Part shown: positions 1 through 8,994 of the stretch, one piece after another
How positions within the stretch are numbered: the stretch's first letter is position 1
Layout: the number at the start of each line of letters is the position of its first letter
Assembly: GCA_016180645.1 (NCBI GenBank)
Contig: JACPAV010000019.1
Span: 78,560-142,559 of the forward strand
Reading direction: 5' to 3'
DNA: 64,000 bases
DNA from: Nitrospirota bacterium
Lineage (GTDB): Bacteria; JACPQY01
Translations under genes and position numbers: made by a program
The notes under the pieces: model-generated
Told to the model about the DNA's origin: nothing
Databases searched by the model: none
The model's input: the letters and a program-made list of their open reading frames with translations, nothing else

Positions 1-914
1 TCTGGTCCCGTTTCTGCTTCTCCAGATCGAAGAGACGCGCCTTGAGAATTTTCATCGCTATGTCCCGGTTCTTGTGCTGATAGCGCTCATTCTGACACTG
101 CACAATGATGCCGCTGGGCAGGTGGGTGATCCGGACCGCGGTCTCCACCTTGTTCACGTTCTGGCCCCCGTGCCCGCCGGCGCGGTAGGTGTCGATCTTC
201 AGGTCCTCCGGCTTGATCTCGATCTGAATGTCGTCCTGCACTTGCGAGATGACGGAAACGGACGCGAAGGACGTGTGGCGTCGATGATTGGCGTCGAAGG
301 GCGATATTCGGATGAGACGGTGAACGCCCGACTCGGGACGGAGAAATCCGCACGCGCGATCGCCTTCGACCAGGACCGTTGCGCTCTTGATCCCCGCCTC
401 TTCCCCTTCCAGTTGGCTCACCACCTCGGTCTTGAACCCCTTCACCGCGCACCAACGAAGATACATGCGCAGAAGCATCGAGGCCCAATCTTGGGCTTCG
501 GTTCCGCCGGCTCCGGCATGAACGGTGAGAATGGCGTTCTTCTCATCCTCCTCGCCGGACAGAAGGAGTCGAAGCCGGGCGCCGTCGAGTGCGCCCCGAA
601 CTTCGCCGAGAAACGCCGCGGCCTCCCGGAAGGACTCCGCGGTGGGATTCTCACCCACGAGGTCCGCCATGACTTGAGCTTCTTCGACCTGGCGGTCCAC
701 CTTTCCCCAGAAGGTGATGGATTCAAGAAGACGGGTTCTTTGTTTCAGGAGGGACTGGGTCCGGCGAGCGTTGGCGTTCGCCCACGCGTCACCCCTTTCA
801 AGTTCCCGGTCGATCTGTTCGATGTCGCGCTTGAGTTTGGAGAGGTCAAAGATGGCCCCGGAGCCTGGCGTGGTCCGCCTGCAACTGCTGCAACATGTCC
901 GTTAGTTCTTTCAC
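1..914 (-). CDS. prfB: Peptide chain release factor 2 with programmed +1 frameshift; 3' end runs off the window
   Basis: GTG at 914 reads [22 protein letters not shown] to CTT-TGA-C (851-845). The +1 frame continues DLSKLKRD...[10 protein letters not shown]...[16 protein letters not shown] (SPF motif)...[16 protein letters not shown]. Not shown in the ORF track because of the frameshift. Confidence 0.95.
845..860 (-). promoter_or_regulatory. prfB programmed frameshift site
   Basis: Minus strand CGGGGCCAT-CTT-TGA-C matches the canonical SD-like + CTTTGAC signal. Confidence 0.9.
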
Positions 915-1035
915 CGGGGCACCTACCCTTTCAAGTCTTTGATGAGTGCAAACCTTCCGACAGGCTCATTCTACCAGCATTCGCCGTCTTATCAATGTGC
1001 ACGCGTCACAGCCAGCGCGTATACTCCCGTTGGCC

Positions 1036-2253
1036 ATGAACCTTATTCTTGAAACATCCATCCGGGCCTTGCTCGAGAACTCCCCCCGCGCATCGGACCT
1101 GATCTTCGTGCCGGGCCGCGCGCCGCAGGCTCAAGCCGACGGCGCCCTGGCCGATTCTCCCCCCGGCCTCCCCCCCCTATCCCCGGAGGACATGCGCGTC
1201 ATCGCGGAGGATTTCATGAAGGACCAATCGTATCTCCGTGCCCAGTTCGATTCCCAGGGCAATTGCGATCTGTCGTTCGCCTTTCGCGATCTCTGCTACT
1301 TCCGTGCAAGTCTTTTCCAGGCGCGCCAGGGCATCACCCTCGTGCTCCGCGTCATCCCCAAGGGGGTGCCGACCCTGGAGGATCTCCATCTTCCCAAGCC
1401 ACTCCACGATATCGCCCGCCAGAAGGCCGGCCTCGTGCTCGTGACGGGGGCGACCGGCTCCGGCAAGAGCTCCACCCTCGCCGCCATGATCCACCTGATC
1501 AACAGCGAACAGCCCGTCCACATCATCACCGTCGAGGATCCCGTGGAGTTCGTCCACACCCCCATCAAAGCAACCATTACTCAACGTCAACTTGGACAGG
1601 ATGTCCCTACTTTTTCCATGGCGCTCCGGGCCGCCCTTCGGCAGGCCCCCCAGGTTCTTCTCGTGGGGGAAATCCGGGACGCCGAGACTGCCGAGATCGC
1701 CTTTGAAGCGGCGGAAACCGGCCACCTCGTCCTAAGCACCCTGCACACACCGGATACCCTCCGAACCGTGGAACGGTTCATCGGGCTATTTTCGGAGCGG
1801 GACATCGACTACGTCCGCACGCGCTTCTCACGGGCATTCAAGACCGTCGTCAGCCAGAAACTCCTTCCCCGCAAGGATGGCCCCGGCCGTATTCCGGCCG
1901 TCGAAATCCTCCAGGCGACGCTCCGCACACAGGAGTACGTCCGACTTGGCGACCGGCCGGGCCGTTACTTGGAAGAGGCCCTCGAAGAAGGCGCCCTGGA
2001 AGGAATGCAGTCGTTCGATCAGGACCTCGAACGACTGACCAAGGCCGGACTGATCACCCTGGAGACCGCCCTCGCCCATGCCACGCGTCGCGCCAACCTG
2101 GAACTCCACCTGAGAGCGGATGAAGACATCCAGCTCGATCGGCCTGATCGTGTCTTCTTCCGCCTCAAATCCCCCCATTCGGCAAACGCTCCGTCTCCGG
2201 ACCGTTCCAAGACCGGCCCGGTCGTCTTGCCGTTGAGGCCCAAGAAAAAGTAA
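1036..2253 (+). CDS. PilT/PilU-family type IV pilus retraction ATPase
   Basis: GATGSGKSSTLAAMI (Walker A), TVEDPVE, LRQAPQVLLVGEIRD, AETGHLVLSTLHT, GMQSFDQ. ATG 1036 chosen; TATACT at 1020-1025. Confidence 0.9.
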   Translation: MNLILETSIRALLENSPRASDLIFVPGRAPQAQADGALADSPPGLPPLSPEDMRVIAEDFMKDQSYLRAQFDSQGNCDLSFAFRDLCYFRASLFQARQGITLVLRVIPKGVPTLEDLHLPKPLHDIARQKAGLVLVTGATGSGKSSTLAAMIHLINSEQPVHIITVEDPVEFVHTPIKATITQRQLGQDVPTFSMALRAALRQAPQVLLVGEIRDAETAEIAFEAAETGHLVLSTLHTPDTLRTVERFIGLFSERDIDYVRTRFSRAFKTVVSQKLLPRKDGPGRIPAVEILQATLRTQEYVRLGDRPGRYLEEALEEGALEGMQSFDQDLERLTKAGLITLETALAHATRRANLELHLRADEDIQLDRPDRVFFRLKSPHSANAPSPDRSKTGPVVLPLRPKKK

Positions 2254-2286
2254 GCATGGGGTGATGGAGTCATGGAATCATCTGGA
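2254..2286. repeat. Degenerate 8-bp tandem array, G-rich orientation
   Basis: CATGGGGT GATGGAGT CATGGAAT CATCTGGA, overlapping the start of the four-helix-bundle gene. Confidence 0.65.
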
Positions 2287-2658
2287 AATCCATCTCAATC
2301 GGAGGGATTGAAACAGCGTACGAAAACTTTCGCCCTAACCGTCATCCGCCTGTTCCGAACACTGCCGAAAACGGCAGATGCCCAGGTCATCGGCAGACAA
2401 CTGCTTAGATCATCAACTTCCGTTGCGGCGAACTACCGCGCCGCGAGGCGCTCCCGTTCACGGGCGGAATTCATATCCAAGATCGGGCTTGTCGTGGAAG
2501 AGACCGACGAATCGCTTTTTTGGCTTGAACTGATTGCAGAGAGTGGCATCCTTCCACCGGAACAAATTGAGGATCTGATGAAGGAGGCAGGTGAACTGTT
2601 GGCGATATTCGCCGCGTCGCAGCGGACGGCGAAGGCCAACCGTACTAAACTTCGATGA
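2272..2658 (+). CDS. Four-helix-bundle protein (23S rRNA IVS / S23-like family)
   Basis: LKQRTKTFAL...IGRQLLRSSTSVAANYRAARRSRSRAEFISKIGLVVEETDESLFWLEL. Confidence 0.9.
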   Translation: MESSGNPSQSEGLKQRTKTFALTVIRLFRTLPKTADAQVIGRQLLRSSTSVAANYRAARRSRSRAEFISKIGLVVEETDESLFWLELIAESGILPPEQIEDLMKEAGELLAIFAASQRTAKANRTKLR

Positions 2659-2782
2659 TCCGATGGCCACATGAACATGATTCGATGAATCCATGACCCC
2701 ATGTTTCCATGAATCCATGACCCCATGACCCGATGATAACGTGAATCCATCAAAACATGACCCCATGATTCCATGAATACAT
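2652..2782. repeat. Degenerate 8-bp tandem array (~15-16 units, consensus about YCCATGAH)
   Basis: TCCATGAC CCCATGTT TCCATGAA TCCATGAC CCCATGAC CCGATGAT...; reverse complement of the upstream array. Confidence 0.85.
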
Positions 2783-2801
2783 TCTACGGAGGTAGCCACT
2801 A

Positions 2802-3965
2802 ATGGACAGCAGCCTGCACTGTGACTGGAGCCAATACTTCAAGGAAGAGCACAATATCTTCCGTCAAACGATCCGCAAGTGGATCGAGGCCGAGCTGGCC
2901 CCGAATGCGGACAAGTGGGAGGAAGCCGAGGATTTCCCCAACTGGGTCTTCAAGCGCGCGGGCGAACAGGGATTCCTCGGTCTCCGTTATCCCGAGGACG
3001 TGGGCGGCCTCGGCGGCGACTACTGGTACACCGTCGCCTATGCGGAAGAACTTCCCCGTGCCCAATGCGGCGGGGTCCCCATGGCCCTCATGGTCCAGTC
3101 GGATATGGCCACCTACTCGATCCACCTGCACGGCACGCCCGAGCAGAAAAAGGAATTCCTGATTCCCGCGATCAAAGGTGAGAAGATTGCCGCCCTCGGC
3201 GTCTCCGAACCGTTTGTGGGATCGGACGTGGCCAACCTGAAAACGACGGCGAAGAAAGTCGGCGGCGACTACATCATCAACGGCTCCAAGACCTTCATCA
3301 CCAGCGGCGCGCGCGCGAACTTCATCAACCTGGCGGTCCGCACAGGGGACACCGGCTTTGGCGGCATCTCCATGATCCTGTTCCCCACCGACACGAAGGG
3401 CTTTCAGGTGACCAAGCGCCTCAAGAAAGTCGGGATGCACTCCTCCGATACGGCGGAGCTGTTTTTCGACAACTGCAAGGTCCCGGCGCGATACCTCCTG
3501 GGAGAGGAAGGACACGGTTTCTACTACATCATGGAAGGATTCCAAGGCGAACGCCTGATCGCGGCGATCACGGCGCTGTCGGGCGCCCGGCTGACGTGGG
3601 ACCAGACGTACAAATACGCCCTCGAAAGGAAAGCCTTCGGGAGGCCGATCGGAAAATTCCAGGTTCAGCGCCACCGCTTGGTGGAGCTGATCTCGGAGAT
3701 CGAATGCAATCAGGCTTTTGTCTACTACGTGTGCGATCTGTTCAACCGCAACGTTCCCTGCGTGAAAGAAGTGTCGATGGCCAAGATTCTGGCCGGCGAG
3801 CTCCAGACGAGGGTCACGGACCGCTGCATGCAGGTTCACGGCGGCTATGGCTACATCGAGGAGTACCACGTCGCCCGCGCATGGCGTGATTCCCGGCTGA
3901 TCACCATCGGGGGTGGTACGACCGAGATCATGAAGGAGATCATCGGGAAAATGATCGGGCTGTAG
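2802..3965 (+). CDS. Acyl-CoA dehydrogenase
   Basis: ALGVSEPFVGSDV, INGSKTFITSG, KVGMHSSDTAELFFD, VHGGYGY, IGGGTTEIMKEII; RBS GGAGG. Confidence 0.95.
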   Translation: MDSSLHCDWSQYFKEEHNIFRQTIRKWIEAELAPNADKWEEAEDFPNWVFKRAGEQGFLGLRYPEDVGGLGGDYWYTVAYAEELPRAQCGGVPMALMVQSDMATYSIHLHGTPEQKKEFLIPAIKGEKIAALGVSEPFVGSDVANLKTTAKKVGGDYIINGSKTFITSGARANFINLAVRTGDTGFGGISMILFPTDTKGFQVTKRLKKVGMHSSDTAELFFDNCKVPARYLLGEEGHGFYYIMEGFQGERLIAAITALSGARLTWDQTYKYALERKAFGRPIGKFQVQRHRLVELISEIECNQAFVYYVCDLFNRNVPCVKEVSMAKILAGELQTRVTDRCMQVHGGYGYIEEYHVARAWRDSRLITIGGGTTEIMKEIIGKMIGL

Positions 3966-3968
3966 AAC

Positions 3969-4064
3969 GTAAGGAGAGAGGCGGGAGGAGTGAGGCGCAG
4001 GGCGAGGGGCGAAGGGCGCAAGGCGAAGAAGTCACCAGGAACCAGGAACGAGGAACCCGGAACT
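3969..4064. repeat. Composite 7-bp periodic tracts
   Basis: GAGGCGG GAGGAGT GAGGCG; GGCGAGG GGCGAAG GGCGCAA GGCGAAG; CCAGGAA CCAGGAA CGAGGAA CCCGGAA. Confidence 0.7.
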
Positions 4065-5243
4065 CCGCCCCTTCCCCTTGCGGGAATCCGCGTACTCGAC
4101 CTATCGAGGCTGCTGCCGGGTCCGTACTGCACGATGGTCCTCGCGCTCATGGGAGCCGAGGTCATCAAGATTGAAGATCCGGGGGGGGGCGACTACGTGC
4201 GCTACCTGCCGCCGTTGATCGGAGATACGAGCTCGATTTTCTGCGCGCTGAATCGAAACAAAAAAAGCATCACGCTCAATCTCAAGCAACCGGACGCCAA
4301 GGCGATCTTCCTCAAACTCCTCAAAACCGCAGACGGCGTGGTCGAGAGTTTCCGTCCCGGCGTCATGGAAAAGCTCGGCCTCTCCTACTCCTCACTCCTC
4401 ACTCATCACCCGTCACTCATCTACCTGGCCATCAGTGGCTACGGCCAGACCGGTCCTTATCGGCTGAAGGCCGGGCACGACATGAACTACAACAGCCTTT
4501 CCGGAGTTCTCAGCATCACCGGTGACCAAGCGGGCCGGCCGATTATCCCCGGGGCTCAACTCGCCGACGTCCCCGGCGGCGCCCTCTTTGGAACGATCGC
4601 GTTTCTCGGGGCATTGGAGGCGAGGCACCGCACGGGCAAGGGGGCGTACATCGACATGTCGATGACCGAGGGATCCCTCGCCCTGCTGACGCAGTATTTC
4701 ACTCAATTCGGCGTCGATGGCATCAATCACGCGCCCCGCTCCATGCCCCTGAACGGTCTGAATCCCTGTTACAACATCTATCGGACGAAGGACGGCCGCT
4801 ACATGAGCCTCGGTGCGCTCGAACCCAAGTTCTGGGAGGCGTTTTGCAACGTGGCGGGCAAGCCGGAATGGATCGGCGACGCCTTCCCGACTTCCGATCA
4901 GCGTCAGGCCGTGCTTGAACGCGTCGAGGAACTCTTCAAGACCAAGACGCAGGCCGAATGGGTCGCGCTCCTTTCGAATGTAGATTGCTGCTGTGAACCG
5001 ATCCTGGATTTCTCGGAGGTCGTGCGGCACCCCCAGCATGCCGAGCGGGGCGTCTTCCTCCGGGAGAAACACAATGGCGAGGACGTCACCTTGGTCCGCG
5101 CACCCTTTCTCTTCGACGGTCGTTCCGTGAATCCACCCTACCTGCCCGCTCCCACATTGGGCGAGCACACGGAATCCGTTCTCGCTTCCGTGGGAGTTCG
5201 CCCCGCGGACCTCGCTCGTCTCCGCTCCGCCGGCGCCGTCTGA
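3990..5243 (+). CDS. CaiB/BaiF family III CoA-transferase (alpha-methylacyl-CoA racemase-like)
   Basis: PLAGIRVLDLSRLLPGPYCT, LNRNKKSITLNLK, ESFRPGVMEKLG, ISGYGQTGPY...GHDMNY, APTLGEHT. Start uncertain because the N-terminus is repeat-derived. Confidence 0.92.
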   Translation: MRRRARGEGRKAKKSPGTRNEEPGTPPLPLAGIRVLDLSRLLPGPYCTMVLALMGAEVIKIEDPGGGDYVRYLPPLIGDTSSIFCALNRNKKSITLNLKQPDAKAIFLKLLKTADGVVESFRPGVMEKLGLSYSSLLTHHPSLIYLAISGYGQTGPYRLKAGHDMNYNSLSGVLSITGDQAGRPIIPGAQLADVPGGALFGTIAFLGALEARHRTGKGAYIDMSMTEGSLALLTQYFTQFGVDGINHAPRSMPLNGLNPCYNIYRTKDGRYMSLGALEPKFWEAFCNVAGKPEWIGDAFPTSDQRQAVLERVEELFKTKTQAEWVALLSNVDCCCEPILDFSEVVRHPQHAERGVFLREKHNGEDVTLVRAPFLFDGRSVNPPYLPAPTLGEHTESVLASVGVRPADLARLRSAGAV

Positions 5244-5254
5244 TTTCCGGAGAA

Positions 5255-5391
5255 CGCGGGCTAAAGCCCGCGCCTACCAAGCATACACACCCTCGTCTCG
5301 GTAGCCGCAGGCCATGTTCATGCCGCACCATCCGTGGTGCGGCGACATATCATGGTCCCATTCCCTCCGTGGCATGGGGCTTCAGCCTGCG
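5255..5391. repeat. GTAG-type REP doublet with nested ~68-bp hairpin module (5313-5380)
   Basis: CGCGGGCTAAAGCCCGCGCCTACC ... GGTAGCCGCAGGC[insert]TTCAGCCTGCG; close copy at 53565-53697. Confidence 0.85.
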
Positions 5392-5486
5392 TCTTCAGAT
5401 CATGGCTGAAAGGCGACCTATGCCGCTTTTTATTCGAGGGGGTCGAGCCGGCGCTCGATGTCCTTCAGTTCCTGGCGGACCGAGGA

Positions 5487-6302
5487 CTATCTCGGCCGGA
5501 GCAGCCGTTGCATCGCCGTGTGTATCCGGCCGTTGGAGGAAAGAATGTTCTTCGCATAGGGATCGAACGGCTCACCGCGGAGGCCGGTCACGCGACCGCC
5601 CGCTTCCGTCACGATCAATGCGCCGGCCGCCACGTCCCACGGGCTTAGGCGCAGTTCCCAGAAGCCGTCGAACCGGCCACACGCCGTGTAGCACAAATCC
5701 AACGCCGCCGAGCCGTCCCGCCGAATGGCCTGGGCCTTGAGAAGAAAGCGTTTCCAGCATTCCAAATTGCGCAACGCCCACCGCCGGTTGTACGAAAAGC
5801 CCGTACACACAAGCGATCGCTCCAGTTTCGACGCCGTCGATACGTGGATCCGCCGACCGTTGAGGAAGGCCCCCTTCCCTTTCACGGCCGAAAACATTTC
5901 TCCGGCCATCGGATCGAAAACCACTCCAACCTGAATCTTCCCGCGGTACGCGAACGCGATCGAGACGCAAAAGCGGGGATAGCTGTGCGCATAGTTGGTC
6001 GTTCCGTCGAGCGGATCCACAAACCACTGACACTCGGCCTCCCGGCTCCCCGCCATCGGGTTCTCCTCCTCCTCCGCCACGACCACGTGATCGGGAAAGG
6101 CGGCGCCGACCCTCCGGAGAATCAAGGCCTGTGCTCGGTGATCGAGATCGGTGACGAGATTCCGCCGACCTTTGAAGCGAACGTTCAGCGCTCGACCGTA
6201 GGATCCCCGCAGCAATGCGCCCGCCTCCTTCGCGGTGGCCGACGCCACTCGCGCGATGTTCGAGTCATCGACGCTCAGAGTCCGCGGTGGAGGTGTTCTC
6301 AT
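5487..6302 (-). CDS. suhB: Inositol monophosphatase family protein
   Basis: KGRRNLVTDLD, EE, WFVDPLDGTTNYAH, RRDGSAALDLCYTACGRFDGFWE, WDVAAG. ATG 6302 chosen. Confidence 0.9.
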   Translation of the reverse strand: MRTPPPRTLSVDDSNIARVASATAKEAGALLRGSYGRALNVRFKGRRNLVTDLDHRAQALILRRVGAAFPDHVVVAEEEENPMAGSREAECQWFVDPLDGTTNYAHSYPRFCVSIAFAYRGKIQVGVVFDPMAGEMFSAVKGKGAFLNGRRIHVSTASKLERSLVCTGFSYNRRWALRNLECWKRFLLKAQAIRRDGSAALDLCYTACGRFDGFWELRLSPWDVAAGALIVTEAGGRVTGLRGEPFDPYAKNILSSNGRIHTAMQRLLRPR

Positions 6303-6304
6303 GC

Positions 6305-6330
6305 GATTGCTTCGCTCCGCTCGCAATGAC
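6305..6330. repeat. Short GTCATTGCGAG-type palindromic element (half copy)
   Basis: GATTGCTTCGCTCCGCTCGCAATGAC hairpin. Confidence 0.55.
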
Positions 6331-6344
6331 ACCATACGCCCGTC

Positions 6345-6869
6345 ATGGTCGAACCCGGCTCCCCCGTATTTCAAGCCTTCTGCACGGCCTGCAAGCACGA
6401 GATCGATGTTTCCATTCTCGAACCGCTCGATACCTTCGCGTGCAGCCGCTGCCTCACGATACAGACCTTCGGCCAGGACCAGACCCGACCGGCGTTCGTC
6501 GACCCCGTCCCACGGCGTGTGGTGACGGCGCTCTTGCTCCTCCAGATCGCCATCGATTCGCTGGTTCTATGGAGACTCCAACGCCTCGGCGGTTCCGTTG
6601 GGACGATCCCCATCGTCGCTGTGGCCACGATGGCCGCCTCAGTCGTCTTCTTCCTCCGCGTCAAATCACCCCCACTCAACGCAGGCTTCGCCCTGCTTTC
6701 GATCTCCGTCGCGCTGGCTTTCGTGGCCATGAGAGGATTCCCCACAGAACGGGCCGGAGGGGCGGAGGAGTGGACGGTCCTTGTGTTTGCACTCGCAGCC
6801 ATCCTCTCCCTTGGGTTGGTCTTCATGGTGGGGGAACTTCTCCGGATTTCTCGATTGCCGCGAGCGTAG
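6345..6869 (+). CDS. Hypothetical membrane protein with N-terminal Zn-ribbon
   Basis: CTAC...CSRC followed by four hydrophobic segments; fills the gap between suhB and larE. Confidence 0.65.
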   Translation: MVEPGSPVFQAFCTACKHEIDVSILEPLDTFACSRCLTIQTFGQDQTRPAFVDPVPRRVVTALLLLQIAIDSLVLWRLQRLGGSVGTIPIVAVATMAASVVFFLRVKSPPLNAGFALLSISVALAFVAMRGFPTERAGGAEEWTVLVFALAAILSLGLVFMVGELLRISRLPRA

Positions 6870-6874
6870 GCGTT

Positions 6875-7729
6875 CTACGCGCGGCTCAAACGACCGCTCT
6901 TGAACTCTTCCAGGTCCAGGCAAACGTACTTGAATCCCTCTTCCTTCAAACCCGCCACCACCTGCCTGCGGATAGGCTCTCGATTCAAGCGATCAAACTC
7001 TTCCGGGGAAACCTCGATCCGCGCAATGTCCTCGTGCAGGCGAACCCGGAATTCACGAAATCCCAGCTTCCTGAGCAGTGATTCGCTTCGACCCACGCGC
7101 GTCAGGTTCTCCACGGTGATCCGTGTGCCCTGCGGAAATCGCGACGACAGGCACGGCGAGGCCGGTCGATCCCACACGTCCAATCCCACTCGACGGCCTA
7201 GTTCGCGGATCTCACTTTTCGATAGTCCGGCCTCCGCGAGCGGACTTCGTACGCCGATTTCGCGAGCGGCTTTCAAGCCCGGTCGGATATCCCCCAGGTC
7301 ATCGGCGTTCGTTCCATCTGCGACAACCGGGATGCCGCGCTCCTCGGCGATCCGTCCACACGTGGTGTACACCTCCGTCTTGCAGAAGTAGCAACGATCG
7401 GCATCGTTCCGCACGAAATCCTCGATCTCCATGTGACGAGTGGCGATCACAAGATGCTCCACGCCCAGTTCGCCCGTGATTCGGGCGGCATCGCGTCGAT
7501 CATGCTCCGGGACGGTATCCGACAGGGCCGTGAGGGCGATCACCCGCTCCGCCCCCAGTAGGTCGCGCGCCGTCTTGAGGACAAACGCGCTGTCCACCCC
7601 CCCCGAGAAGGCCACCAGGACACGCTCGAACGCCTGGATGCCGGCCTTCAGGTCGCCGTATTTTTGGTCGAGACCACGGGTGGTATCCGACCCCTCATCC
7701 CTTGCGGTGGCCGGCTCAAAAACGCCCAT
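6875..7729 (-). CDS. larE: ATP-dependent sulfur transferase LarE (nickel-pincer cofactor biosynthesis)
   Basis: AFSGGVDS PP-loop, RCYFCK, DGTNADDLGDIRPG, PASPCLSSRFP, DLEEFKSG. Confidence 0.9.
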   Translation of the reverse strand: MGVFEPATARDEGSDTTRGLDQKYGDLKAGIQAFERVLVAFSGGVDSAFVLKTARDLLGAERVIALTALSDTVPEHDRRDAARITGELGVEHLVIATRHMEIEDFVRNDADRCYFCKTEVYTTCGRIAEERGIPVVADGTNADDLGDIRPGLKAAREIGVRSPLAEAGLSKSEIRELGRRVGLDVWDRPASPCLSSRFPQGTRITVENLTRVGRSESLLRKLGFREFRVRLHEDIARIEVSPEEFDRLNREPIRRQVVAGLKEEGFKYVCLDLEEFKSGRLSRA

Positions 7730-7759
7730 CTGTACAGTCTAGCATCATCGGAAGCACCC

Positions 7760-8359
7760 TCACAGCAATCCGTTCGGACGCAGGAACCGCTCCCGAAGAA
7801 ACCGAAGTCCCGCCGCCTGACTCTTCTCAGGGTGGAACTGGCAGGCCAGAACGTTTTCCCACTCGATCGCGGACACGAAACGGGCTCCGTACTCGGTCTC
7901 CGCCGCGATCACGTCGCGGTCCACCGGCACGGGAGCGTACGAGTGCACAAAGTAAAAGAACTCCCCCGACCCGTTCCGAAACTGCGCGCGATTCCATCCC
8001 ATGTGTGGAAGCTTGAGGCGCCTGCCACCCCTGTCCAACTCCCCCACACGACCACGGAGAATCCCCAGGCCTTTCGAGCGGGGAGCTTCGTCGCTCCCAT
8101 CGAAGAGGAGTTGGAGCCCCAGGCAGATCCCCAGAAACGGCTTTCCGGATTGGATCGCGCGCACGACGGCCTCGCGCAGCCCCGAGGCCGCCAGGTTGCG
8201 CTCCGCGGCGCCGAAGTGGCCCACGCCCGGCAACACCACGGCGGCGGCTCGATCGACGTCCCGTGCCTTCCCGCTTACTCGAACCGTGGCCCCGAGAAAT
8301 TCCAGCGCCTTCGAAACGCTTCGGAGGTTTCCCATGCCGTAATCGATTACGACGATCAT
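7760..8359 (-). CDS. hisH: Imidazole glycerol phosphate synthase glutaminase subunit
   Basis: IDYGMGNLRSV, LPGVGHF, LGICLGLQ, PHMGWN, YFVHSY, QFHPEKS. Confidence 0.95.
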   Translation of the reverse strand: MIVVIDYGMGNLRSVSKALEFLGATVRVSGKARDVDRAAAVVLPGVGHFGAAERNLAASGLREAVVRAIQSGKPFLGICLGLQLLFDGSDEAPRSKGLGILRGRVGELDRGGRRLKLPHMGWNRAQFRNGSGEFFYFVHSYAPVPVDRDVIAAETEYGARFVSAIEWENVLACQFHPEKSQAAGLRFLRERFLRPNGLL

Positions 8360-8376
8360 CAGCGCGGAGAGGGTGG

Positions 8377-8994
8377 CTACAGAACGCCCTTCGTCGAGGG
8401 CACGCCGGGCAGACGGGTATCCGCGGCCACCGCGCTGCGCAGGGCATGCGCGGCCGCCTTGAAGATGGCCTCCAGGATGTGGTGGCGATTCTTGCCGTAC
8501 GGCGCCTGAATGTGCAGCGTCATATCCGCGTGGGTGCAGAACGATGAGAAAAAACTCTCGGCCAGCTCTACGTCGAACGATCCGACCCGCCCTTTGGCCA
8601 CTCTCACGTCATACCGCAGGAAGGGCCGTCCGGAGAAATCCAGCGTCACGTCCGCCAAGGCCTCATCCATCGGAACGCGGCCGTGGCCGTAGCGATTGAT
8701 TCCCTTCTTGTCGCCCAGGGCTTTCTTGAACGCCTCGCCCAGGCAGATGCCCACGTCGTCCACCACGTGGTGATAATCCACCGCAGTGTCTCCCGTCGCT
8801 TTCACCGTCAGATCGAATCGCCCGTGCAACGCGAGCAGCTCCAGCATGTGGTCCAGGAACGCCACGGTCGTCGAAATGGAATACTGCGCGGACCCGTCGA
8901 TCCGCAGGTCGACGGCCACGTCCGTCTCCTTCGTCTTGCGTCGGATCTCAGCTTCCCGTTTGGCTGATTCTACTTTTCTTGCGATCTTTGACAC
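8377..8994 (-). CDS. hisB: Imidazoleglycerol-phosphate dehydratase
   Basis: RKTKETD, FLDHML, DYHHVVDDVG, PMDEAL, NRHHILEAIFKA, PSTKGVL. Confidence 0.95.
   Translation of the reverse strand: MSKIARKVESAKREAEIRRKTKETDVAVDLRIDGSAQYSISTTVAFLDHMLELLALHGRFDLTVKATGDTAVDYHHVVDDVGICLGEAFKKALGDKKGINRYGHGRVPMDEALADVTLDFSGRPFLRYDVRVAKGRVGSFDVELAESFFSSFCTHADMTLHIQAPYGKNRHHILEAIFKAAAHALRSAVAADTRLPGVPSTKGVL

Noticed and set aside
74-1039. 321-aa + strand ORF
   Set aside because: Antisense shadow of the frameshifted prfB.
2272-2658. Diversity-generating retroelement suggested by the Avd-like protein
   Set aside because: No reverse transcriptase and no TR/VR pair with adenine-specific differences seen.
2652-2782. 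Possible CRISPR array
   Set aside because: 8-bp degenerate period with no unique spacers, and no cas genes.
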